A stretch of 64,000 bases of DNA, taken from positions 39,618,001 to 39,682,000 of the forward strand of contig OX597829.1 of NCBI GenBank assembly GCA_951406725.2, in the 5' to 3' direction. The notes beneath the pieces are model-generated. The model searched no databases and had not been told where the DNA came from. It saw nothing but the letters and a program-made list of their open reading frames with translations. Positions 53,813-64,000 of this stretch are shown in pieces (within the stretch, counting starts at the first letter, position 1; each line of letters begins with the position of its first letter). Position numbers and translations under genes: made by a program. Source of the DNA: Octopus vulgaris (taxonomy: Eukaryota).

Positions 53813-54318
53813 TCTATATATATAAAACTCTAGTTGTGTGAGTGTCTGTCCCCTTCGATTTAGATTCCTAACTCCTCCCACATTTTGCGGTGCAGTTTAA
53901 CCAAATTCGGGTATCTTATAGTCGTGATTCATATCAAGCCCGTCTGACTATTAGCGCGCGTCTACGATGAGTCTACGATTTTAAAAATAATTTAACATCA
54001 TTTTTTATTCCATTTTAATGCATAAAATGCATCGTGTGTCGATGGCGGCGGAGTTGGCGTCCACGCTCACAGCTGCACCTGTTTGCTTCTCCCCCTTCCC
54101 TCCCTCGTGAAGCTGTGGGGAAGGGAGTGTAAAGAAATCAACGTCGTAATGCGTTGTGAAGGAAACCAGCGTTCTTTTAGAACAACGACTTCATGGCTTG
54201 AAGACACCAAAACAAAAATGGCTAAGAAAGCCCGAATTTATAAGGGAAGTAAGTCTCTAAAAATGCTTATATAGTTATTTCCCTTACAAACCCGAGCAAC
54301 GCCGGGCGATACTGCTAG
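53813..54318 (+). mobile_element. Non-autonomous Helitron
   Basis: 5' A|TC start, subterminal hairpin CCCGAGCAACGCCGGG, 3' CTAG end. Confidence 0.85.
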
Positions 54319-54703
54319 TCTTTATATATAAAAGTAAGGTTGTGTGTCTGTCTCCTACGATTTAGATTCCTAACCACTCCCACATTTTGCGGTGCAGTTT
54401 AACCAAAACCGGGTATCTTGTAGTCGTGATTCATATCGAGCCCTTCTGGGTATTAGCGCGCGTCTATGATGAGTCTACGATTTTAAAAATAATTTACCAT
54501 CATTGTTTTCCATTTTAATGCATTTTTTTCGCTATTATATAAGGGAAGTAACTCTCTAAAAATGTCTACGATGAGTCAACGATTTAAAAAAAATTTACCA
54601 TCATTTTTTCCCATTTTTAATGCATTTTTTGGCTATAACTCTCTAAAAATACTTTATAGTTATTTCCCTTACAAACCCGAGCAACGCCGGGCGATACTGC
54701 TAG
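54319..54703 (+). mobile_element. Non-autonomous Helitron (related subfamily), head-to-tail with the previous copy
   Basis: Starts TC immediately after CTAG and ends with the same hairpin + CTAG|T. Confidence 0.85.
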
Positions 54704-55174
54704 TACACAATAAATATACAAAGACCGCCTTCCGTTGCGAATGACCATGGGAATGCACCTAGAAAGATCCTCTCCGAGATACAAGCCCGGGCAAGATTCT
54801 TTGTAGTAGACCAGCAGTCACCCATGTATACCGCCCTTCTCTCTCCATGCCACCGATGTTATCCAAGGGAAAACCAAAGGCTGATACAGCTTGACACCAG
54901 TGACGTCGCAACTTATATATATATTTTCTCTCCTTTTTTCTCTCTCCTTTGTTTCTCTCCTTGTTCCCTCCTTTTTTCTCTCCCTTTTTTCTCTCCTTTT
55001 TTCTTTCCTTTTTTTCTCTCCTTGTTTCTCCCCTTGTTTTTTCTCTCCTTTTTCTCTCTCCTTCTTTTTCTCTCCTTTCTCTCGTCTTGTTTCTCTCCTT
55101 TTTTTCCTCCCTTTGTTTTTTTCTCTCCTTTTTTTTTTCTCTCCTTGTTTTTCTCCTTGTTTTTTTCTGTGTCC

Positions 55175-55210
55175 CTTTCTGTAGAAGAGCGTAGGCTCGA
55201 AAGGTAAAAG
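55175..55210 (+). ncRNA. Hammerhead-like motif with variant core CUGUAGA (same family as 9829)
   Basis: CUUU-CUGUAGA-A-GAGC-GUAG-GCUC-GAAA-GG-UA-AAAG. The downstream ~90 nt are nearly identical to 9865-9956. Confidence 0.55.
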
Positions 55211-55344
55211 ACTTTTTCTATTCCTGAGCGTTATACTAATACATCTGTTTGTTTTGTACACCACCTGCCTTCGTCTTTTATTTTTTTCGTAAACTCTCCC
55301 TATATATATATATATAAAAATATATATATATATATATATACATA

Positions 55345-55860
55345 CTAGCAGTATCGCCCGGCGTTGCTCGGGTTTGTAAGGGAAATAACTATATAAGCAT
55401 TTTTAGAGACTTACTTCCCTTATAGATGCCAATTCGGGCTTTCTTAGCCATTTCTGTTTTGGTGTCTTCAAGCCATGAAGTCGTTGTTCTAAAAGAACGC
55501 TGGTCTCCTTGACAACGCTTTACGACGTTGATTTCCTTACACTCCCTTTCCCCACAGCTTCACGAGGGAGGGAAGAAGGGGGAGAAGCAAACACAGGTGC
55601 AGGTGTGACCATGGATGCCAACTCCGCCGTCATCGACACACGAAAAATTATGCATTAAAATGGAATAAAAAATGATGTTAAATTATTTTAAAAATCGTAG
55701 ACTCATCGTAGACGCGCGCTAATACGCAGACGGGCTCGATATGAATCACGACTATAAGATACCCGAATTTGGTTAAACTGCACCGCAAAATGTGGGAGGA
55801 GTTAGGAATCTAAATCGAAGGGGACAGACACTCACACAACTAGAGTTTTATATATATAGA
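55345..55860 (-). mobile_element. Non-autonomous Helitron
   Basis: Reverse complement of the 53813-54318 family, with the same termini. Confidence 0.85.
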
Positions 55861-56456
55861 TATATAGTCAGTTTGTATTAAAAAGTAATAATTGATGTTA
55901 GTCAATTGTTGCTGATCAATATTTCTCAACTTTCTGCCTTCTTTAAATTTGATTCCTGATAAACTCTTGTTTATCTTTGTTATTACCTGTAATCTATGAG
56001 CATAATATGCTGCATATGTATGTCCAGGGTTAACATGGGTAATTATACCGGTAGTAAAACGGATATTTTCATCCGTTAGACGCTTATTCCAACCTCTAAG
56101 TCTACTAACCTTATATATATATATATATATTGATTTATCTATAAATAAGGATAATGTCGATATTTGAATATCGATCTTTTCTAGTGGTCAGCACGGGTAT
56201 AAATGCCATACAAAGGTAATAATTATTTAAACTATAAATTAGGGTATCTGAGAGATACCACCATGCTGAAACAGCAGTCAAAGCCATGACCCTAAAACCA
56301 CCTTAAATGTTCATATCGCGCCAGGAGATAAAACAGAAAGACTAAATAAACTAGCAAAAAAGATTTTACTGGATAATTCAAGATCCTGGATTTCTGGCTT
56401 TGCTTCAGAGAAGCTCTGCCTTCTTCAATTGAGTATACCAGAAAGCACATAAATAC

Positions 56457-56521
<65 letters not shown>

Positions 56522-56698
56522 GAACATACGCTATACTTACACACACGAACGCCTATACATACATATATATGCACGTATGTACAAGACAAACGGATTAAGC
56601 CGATTATATCGACCCCAGTGCGTAACTGGTACTTATTTAATCGACCCCGAAAGGATGATTAACTGGAGTTAAACGCAGGTGTTATTCAAATTCTTTTA

Positions 56699-56785
56699 CT
56701 TCCGACATATGTTTCGAAGACAACATTGGTATTAATTCAGAGCAATAAAATGGTGTAAAACAATGTAATCTTCTCATCAGGGAAA
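56699..56785 (-). ncRNA. Type I hammerhead ribozyme, intact core, in a second copy of the same Penelope pLTR family (about 56660-57060)
   Basis: Minus strand reads UUUCC-CUGAUGA-GAAGA..UCUUC-GAAA-CAUAUG-UC-GGAAG. Flanks are clearly homologous to 18580-18740. Confidence 0.85.
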
Positions 56786-57192
56786 GAAAGAAAGAAACCA
56801 AATTCGTCAATAAGACATTTTAACAGAATGTGATGGATGTGTATAATGATGAACGGAGCGCTATTAAGTTTTTTTAAAAAAACCCATTAGAAGATATAAC
56901 GTCAAAAGTAGCCTATAGAAAGAGGAGGGGTAAAAGGAAAGAAATAAGCAGAAAACTAATGAATGAGAAATATAGAGCAATATGTAAATTAAAATATAAG
57001 CTTAAAGGCTTGGAAAAACATATATCTAGTGGCAGTGAAATGTAAGAAGAAATTATATATAATGGTTGATATCACTTATATGAGCCTGTATTTAATTGTT
57101 TTAAGTCTAGTACTTATTCTATCAGCCTATTTTGCCGAACCGCTAAGTTACGGGGACGTAGACCGCTTGTTAAGCAGTGGAGGTACATACAC

Positions 57193-57264
<72 letters not shown>

Positions 57265-58129
57265 GATGGTTTCTTTCATATAAATTTAACATAGGCGATT
57301 CTTTCTTGTCTTGGGTCAAATGGTTGAGTGGAATTGCGCGAAAAATTACGCAGAAGTGTAGAATGATCTGGTGGTGTTGCTGGATTTTCTATTTTTTCAT
57401 ACCCGCCATGGTTACTATAATAATACTCTTGTGTTTATGAATGAGAGAGGACGGTGTGATAGATGAATAAGGAAGGAAGGGGTGATGCCATACTTGGGAG
57501 TGGGATGATGAAAATTGTACGCTGAAAAATAGATCAAACAGCGTTTCAACTCTGTGTAAATGTGTGTATGTAAAAGGGTGCTATGTGAATGTGTGTGTGT
57601 GTTTGAGTGTGTGCTTGTGTGTGCGTGTGCGTGTGTGTGTGTTTGAGTGTGTGCTTGTGTGTGCGTGTGCGTGTGCGCGCGCAGTGGAAATAGGATGGTT
57701 CATCTTTGTTCGCTTAGTATTTGGGTTTATTATTTGATTTGGTTGAATCTTGGTAGGTTTTTTTTTTTATCGGTCAATTATTTTTAGCGTTTTGACAAAA
57801 AAGTCATTCTAAAATTGTTTTTTAACGTATGCGTGCCATAGGTTGCTCGATGAGAACCCGTCTAGAAACAACAACAACAACAACAACATGTACGCTTTAC
57901 ATTCAACCCATTTTAAGACAACCACCATCGATGCCGGTTTGTGATGAGCCATATTTTCACTTTCATCACTTGGTTAATGTCCGCGGAAAACCATCTCTCC
58001 CACAATTCTCCATAAGCATCGAGTTCCTGTGAATTGTCTTATTGCTTGCACGGCGAATAATGTCCCTCGGTCGATTCTTGCTCCATTCAATGTTGTTTCG
58101 CTTTACCATTAGAAAAAAATATGGCGAGA

Positions 58130-58570
58130 AAGACATGCCATAATATGCATCTGGAAGATCCTGGAAGGGCTTGTCCCAAACTTTGGCATCGAGAGTTACA
58201 CAAATACTAGAACTGGGCGCCATTGCATAGTGCCAAGGACTCCAAATTTGCCATCAAGGTATAGGACAAGATACTGCAATAGCCTGGGCTTCAGAGGTCC
58301 ACAGCTCTTCAATATTCTCCCGAAGGACCTGAGAGACCTGCATGGGGTGGATGCAAATGTTTTCAAAATAAAGCTGGACCTCCTCCTGTCAGGTGTCCCA
58401 GATTATCCAACTTCACGGCAGGAGGTGCAGATGAGGGCAGCTGCATCAAACTCCCTCATGCACCAAATGTCAATTGCTAAAAAGCATTTGTGAAGTAAAA
58501 CCATGTAGCAACACCGAATGGTGGTGTCCCAGCATGGCCACAGCTCGTGAGCTGAAACTAGATGAAATGA
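58130..58570 (+). mobile_element. CR1-group LINE 3' fragment
   Basis: NSLGFRGPQLFNILPKDLR...FKIKLDLLLSGVPD, typical of a CR1-group ORF2 C-terminus. Confidence 0.75.
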
Positions 58571-58967
58571 AAAAAAATGAAAATTTTGCAATTTCTCATT
58601 ATTGTCATTTTCATCGTCGACGTCATCATCGTTATCATCATTATTGTCATCGTTGTCGTCCTTGTCGTCATCAAGGCCATCGACGTCGTCATCATCATCA
58701 CCGTCGTCGTCGTCATCATCATCATCATCATTAGCAAATTTCGGAAATGAATTTTTATGTCGATACACCAGCGTCAACATATTTATAGTGTTGAAGTCCA
58801 TTAAAGGGAAGTAACTCTTGTAAGGGAGATAACTTAGACAAGTTACGCTACATTAACAAATATATAAACGACGAGTTTTCAAAGCGATGCCCCAACGTCA
58901 CCATAATGGAATGGCTTAAACCAGAAAGAATGCATCATAACAACAACAATAATAGTGATTTTTTTTA

Positions 58968-59200
58968 AGGCGACGAGTTGGCAGAACCGTTAAGCACGCC
59001 TGGCGAAACGCGTAGCCGTATTTCGTCTGCCGTTACGTTCTGAGTTCAAATTCCGCCGAGGTCGACTTTGCCTTTCATCCTTTCGGGGTCGATTAAATAA
59101 GTACCAGTTACGCACTGGGGTAGATATAACCGACTTAATCCGTTTGTCTGTCCTTGTTTGTCCTCTCTGTGTTTAGCCCCTTGTGGGTAGTAAAGAAATT
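58968..59200 (+). mobile_element. Young SINE with GCCTTTCATCCTTTCGGGGTCGA central core and 16-bp TSD
   Basis: TSD AACAATAATAGTGATT at 58945 and 59201. Copies at 59718-59950 (+), 33795-34022 (-) and 52855-53255 (-, tandem), plus many older ones. Confidence 0.88.
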
Positions 59201-59299
59201 AACAATAATAGTGATTAAATTTTTTTTTTTTTTAATTTACCACTGCGACATAATGATGTGTACATTACAAGGACAGTGTATAACTTGGGGGTGTTTGCA

Positions 59300-60288
59300 T
59301 AAAAAGTGACGGAAAAGGAGAAAAGAGGGTGAAACGAGATAAATTTCTGTACAATCTGTATGAACACATAAATGATACAGTCATCTTGATACCAGCTGGG
59401 GCCAATCAAAGAACCTTACAGATCCAGGATTGCCCACCTGTTGTTCTCCAATCTACAGGCAGATGCTTAGAATAGATTCATTCACCTTATCGATTTTTGC
59501 CATAGTTAGCCCACCCTTTCACAAATACACTGGGAGAGAGAAAACACTTCCATCTTCATCCTCACTTAACTTCCATGTTGGTCTTAAAGAAAATGTCAAT
59601 GAGGGCTTGACTGAAGAGGAAGGTGTCATTCCTCTGTCCTTTTAGCCTCGTCCACCACACAGTCTCTTTCGCCATAGCTTCTATTCACTCGAACAACACC
59701 TGTCCTGCCTCGTTAAAGGTAGGCGAGCTGGCAGAAACGTTAGCACGCCGGGCGAAATGCTTAGCGGTATTTCGTCTGTCGTTACGTTCTGAGTTCAAAT
59801 TCCGCCGAGGTCGACTTTGCCTTTCATCCTTTCGGGGTCGATTAAATAAGTACCAGTTACGCACTGGGGTCGATGTAATCGACTTAATCCGTTTGTCTGT
59901 CCTTGTTTGTCCTCTCTGTGTTTAGCCCCTTGTGGGCAGTAAAGAAATAGGTAGGTGGCTGGACGATCCTCGCAATGGATTCGGTCGATAGTTTGGTTCG
60001 CCCAACACGTAACAACATCTGTTCGACATAACTCTAAAAGTCAGCATCTCGGCCAGTTCTTCCTGGCAGCACTCCTGTGCTTGTAGAGTTTATCACGAAT
60101 CGGCAGTGTCCTTCAGTAGCACAGTCTGGCCAGAGGTTCCTGGAAGTTATCTGAGGTAGTTTCCAGACCGAAAGTCCTCCAAAACTGGGCATAATCGTCA
60201 ACGACTTGAGTTTCCTCGAGAACGTCATCGCTCTTGCCCACCACCAGATCGTTATATGTTGCAAAAATAAAAGGTCATGCATTTAAAG

Positions 60289-60290
<2 letters not shown>
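59300..60290 (-). mobile_element. Older Tx1/L1-like LINE fragment interrupted by a SINE
   Basis: Minus-strand DNFQEPLARLCY*RTLPIRDKLY and AMAKETVWWTRLKG match the 61773-62890 element. Confidence 0.75.
59718..59950 (+). mobile_element. Same SINE family, inserted into a Tx1/L1-like LINE remnant
   Basis: Near-identical to 58968-59200. LINE-like coding sequence continues on both sides. Confidence 0.88.
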
Positions 60291-60359
<69 letters not shown>

Positions 60360-60360
<1 letters not shown>

Positions 60361-60871
60361 TAGCAGTATCGCCCGGCGTTGCTCGGGTTTGTAAGGGAAA
60401 TAACTATATAAGCATTTTTAGAGACTTACTTCCCTTATAGATGCCAATTCGGGCTTTCTTAGCCATTTCTGTTTTGGTGTCTTCAAGCCATGAAGTCGTT
60501 GTTCTAAAAGAACGCTGGTCTCCTTGACAACGCATTACGACGTTGATTTCTTTAAACTCCCTTCCCCACAGCTTCACGAGGGAGGGAAGGGGGAGAAGCA
60601 AACACAGGTGCAGGTGTGACCATGGATGCCAACTCCGTCGTCATCGACACACGAAAAATTATGCATTAAAATGGAATAAAAAATGATGTTAAATTATTTT
60701 AAAAATCGTAGACTCATCGTAGACGCGCGCTAATACGCAGACGGGCTCGATATGAATCACGACTATAAGATACCCGAATTTGGTTAAACTGCACCGCAAA
60801 ATGTGGGAGTAGTTAGGAATCTAAATCGAAGGGGACAGACACTCACACAACTAGAGTTTTATATATATAGA
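60360..60871 (-). mobile_element. Non-autonomous Helitron
   Basis: Nearly identical to 55345-55860, inserted in (TA)n. Confidence 0.85.
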
Positions 60872-60876
60872 TATAT

Positions 60877-61217
60877 ATATATGTATAGAAATTAAATATA
60901 AATTACAAAATGAGACAAGAACGCAAAAACACACAAAGAGACGACACAAAAAAACAGACGGGTCATTCGAAGCCTCTAATCTTCAGTCGGGAACCGGATC
61001 ATCTTAGCAATTTCGGATGATTAATCCTGGTTTTTCTTTGGGGCTTGCCGTATCGGAGCGATATCAGGATTAATCATCCGAAATTGCTAAGATGATCCGG
61101 TTCCCGACTGAAGATTAGAGGCTTCGAATGGCCCGTCTGTTTTTTGTGTCGTCTCTTTGTGTGTTTTTGCGTTCTTGTCCCATTTTGTAATTTATATTTA
61201 ATTTTCTATACATATAT
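60877..61217. repeat. Near-perfect long inverted repeat (about 150-bp arms, 35-nt spacer)
   Basis: 60877-61029 versus 61065-61217 are reverse complements with only a handful of differences. Flanked by (TA)n. Confidence 0.9.
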
Positions 61218-61488
61218 TATTGCGGCGTAACGTACCCCTATCTCCTATATATATATATATATATATATATATACTCTTGTGTCTGGGGAGAGTCATTCTC
61301 TTTTAGTCCCTTATAATGTAACACACTCACCTGTAAAATTTCCACTTCTTTTTTATTTTTCTAATATTTTCGTTGCATCTTGCAACCTTTTCAATAGTTT
61401 TGACTCTCATTGAAAAGGTTTATATATATATATATAAAAGCATATATGTGTATGCATATGTGTGTGTGTTTATGTGAGTGTGTGTGTA

Positions 61489-61538
<50 letters not shown>

Positions 61539-61715
61539 CGCGTGTGTGTGTATGGGCGTGGATTTATGGTAAGAAGCTCGCTTCTCATCCACATTGGTTC
61601 CGGGTTCAGTCCCACTGCGTGACACCGTGGTCTTCAACCACATCCACGGACTGACCAAAACCATGTGAATAGATTTGATAGATTTAATTGGAAAGAATCC
61701 CGCTGTATATGTGTG

Positions 61716-61769
<54 letters not shown>

Positions 61770-61772
61770 TGT

Positions 61773-62890
61773 GGCGAACACGTACATTGCGTCCGTCATC
61801 TACTACCGCCTGACTGTTGTCCCTTATCCCGACTCTACCATCACCAAACTAGAATGCCGAGGAAGGGCGAATGGCAGCGCGAGTGTCGCGTTGCTCTCAA
61901 GCAACTATGCCGTCCCGGGTCGACCTTGAATGACTTCAACACAACCAAAGCATTCTATAGGGGAACCTGGACGTCGACAAGGAATACCTGACCCGTCTGT
62001 TCAGGACGACTTTCGGGCGAGGGCCCATGGACAACTTCCAGGGATCCCTGGCCAGGCAGTGCTACCGAGAAGCGCTACCCGTTCGGGATAAGCTCTACAG
62101 ACACAGCTCGAGAAACATGGGGCTGACCTGCCCGAGATGCGGTCAGAGGGACGAAACTGTTCTGCACGCACTCGTGCAGTGTTCAACAATTTCGACCTGT
62201 GGGATTATGTCGAACGACTGCTGTCACGTGTGGGACGAGTCGGTTTATCAGTCGAGTCTATCGTTAATATTGTCACGCCTCCTTCCTTCAAACGGGAAGG
62301 AAGAGCTATTTTCATCATTCTTGTGGCTATGGCGAAAGAATGTATCTGGTGGACGCGTCTGAAAGGATTGGAGACAAACACTTTCCTCTCTGGTCAATCT
62401 CTCATCAACTTCTTCAAGTATCACCTGAAAAGGAAAGTGAGAGTAGAGAGGCAAGTTTTGTCTAGCGAATGTTTAAAAAAAGATGGGTGAATGTAGCAAG
62501 GATGACACGTATGAATGACGAAGTCACCTTGAGCATAATCCTATGAACCCGGAAAAATTTAAAACAGAAGTTTACCTACTTGCAAACAAATGTGTTAACA
62601 TGTGACATGTGACATGTGACATTATTGACCGAGGTTACCGTGGTCTTTTCCGTAGGCTTTTCTTTCCACGGATAAACCATATCTGCTTCACTCTTTACAC
62701 TTTACATCATGACATACTGTGATACACGATCCCTATTGATCGTTTTTTCTTTTTTTCTTTTCTTTCCCTTTTACGATCCCTTTTGATCGAAAACCTACCC
62801 CACTTTTTTTTTTATCTCCCCATAAAGAAAAGCTCTACTTTGTAATCTGTCCCGTCTGTGTGCAGCCCTGTGTGGCTAATAAAGAAACAT
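61773..62890 (+). mobile_element. Tx1/L1-clade LINE 3' fragment with zinc knuckle
   Basis: YREALPVRDKLY...CPRCGQRDETVLHALVQC (zf-RVT-like CCHC), frameshifted. The 3' UTR ends AATAAAGAAA. Flanked by (TA)(TG) repeats. Confidence 0.8.
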
Positions 62891-63335
62891 ATATATGTGT
62901 GTGTGTGTGTGGGGGGGTGTTTTAGAATTTTCTTAGGCATAGCAATGATAATAACCTTGCGTGAGAACTTAATATACGTATGATTCAGAATAAAGTGTCA
63001 GTTGAGAACAGAGCATAATATGAAATTATATAAATGACAAGGGAACAGGAATTACGCAATGAATTTAATCAGCTTACAGCTGGTTCTGATATAAGATGTA
63101 TTTCTAAAATTAAGTTATTCTTTATTTAAGAAGCTCTGAGAAATCTAAAAGGTGATGCAGAAGCACTCTGCTGATTGTGATCGACATCTTGTAGCAGAAA
63201 CAGCCGTAAGCCATTGAAGTTGATTACGCAATTTCCTTTCCGTTGTCATTTATACGTACACACATACACACACGCATTATATATATATTGAACATGAGCT
63301 AAGAGATATAAGACGGAGTGGATAGTGGCATTATG

Positions 63336-63719
63336 TGGAGGCGCAATGGCCCAGTGGTTAGGGCAGTGGACTCGCGGTCATAGGATCGCGGTTTCGATTC
63401 CCAGACCGGGCGTTGTGAGTGTTTATTGAGCGAAAACACCTAAAAAAGCTCCACGAGGCTCCGGCAGGGGATGGTGGTGATCCCTGCTGTACTCTTTCAC
63501 CACAACTTTCTCTCGCTCTTACTTCCTGTTTCTGTTGTACCTGTATTTCAAAGTGCCGGCCTTGTCACTCTCTGTGTCACGCTGAATATCCCCGAGAACT
63601 ACGTTAAGGGTGCACGTGTCTGTGGAGTGCTCAGCCACTTACACGTTAATTTCACGAGCAGGCTGTTCCGTTGATTCGGATCAACCGGAACTCTCGTCGT
63701 CGTAACCGACGGAGTGCCT
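63336..63719 (+). mobile_element. tRNA-derived SINE (related head, different tail)
   Basis: TGGCCCAGTGGTTAG A-box and GTTTCGATTCC B-box. Related copy at about 31922-32210. Confidence 0.85.
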
Positions 63720-64000
63720 CCATCCATCCAGTAGCATTATAAATAGTTGAACAACGAAGACGGGAAAAAAGGCACGTTGAATAGCATACAAGATTAAGCC
63801 TTCATTTATTCAAATTTTATTTCCTCTTTCAGAGAGGGTAGGACAATCGCTGCTAAGTGGTATTTGGGACCAGACTCAAATGAAACGGTGGATATAATGT
63901 CAATAATTAAAAATTCTCCATAACTGACATACCATTAAAGAAAAGTCAGTCTTGACACAGCAAATTGTTCTTCCTTACTTTCTGTAGACGACACTCAATA

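Noticed and set aside
54818-55264. Lys/Glu/Arg-rich 148-aa ORF
   Set aside because: Translation of a pyrimidine-rich TTTCTCTCC expansion inside an interspersed repeat.
61078-61140. Canonical hammerhead (GAAA...CUGAAGA) in the long palindrome
   Set aside because: Could not form stem II or a convincing stem III in type I, II or III topology.

Overview
AT-rich, microsatellite-dense eukaryotic DNA. The SINE/MITE repertoire looks like an Octopus (cephalopod) genome, which is my inference from recognising the repeats. The only host gene I can support is the 3' end of a STIM (stromal interaction molecule) gene on the + strand. Four phase-compatible exons (1937-2037, 2918-3063, 12266-12422, 17043-17427) encode the SOAR/CAD Orai-activating domain, a Ser/Pro-rich linker and a polybasic tail. 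The rest is intron, 3' flank or intergenic DNA filled with tRNA-derived SINEs, LINE 3' fragments (RTE, CR1, Tx1/L1-like), non-autonomous Helitrons, MITEs, Tc1/mariner remnants and one decayed Penelope-like element (RT + GIY-YIG) with inverted pseudo-LTRs. The most striking unannotated signal is a dense set of more than 10 minimal type-I hammerhead ribozyme motifs from several unrelated repeat families, many inside long inverted repeats in (TA)n tracts. Copies with intact cores in and just after the STIM gene all lie antisense, while the sense copies there carry core substitutions. Other highlights are a candidate alternative terminal STIM exon, a STIM2-like Leu at the F394-equivalent gating position, a SINE sharing its 3' stem-loop tail with a Tx1/L1-like LINE, a head-to-tail Helitron junction and a telomere-repeat-carrying MITE with an 8-bp TSD. 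Nearly all ORFs in the supplied track are microsatellite or SINE artefacts. All coordinates were read by eye.
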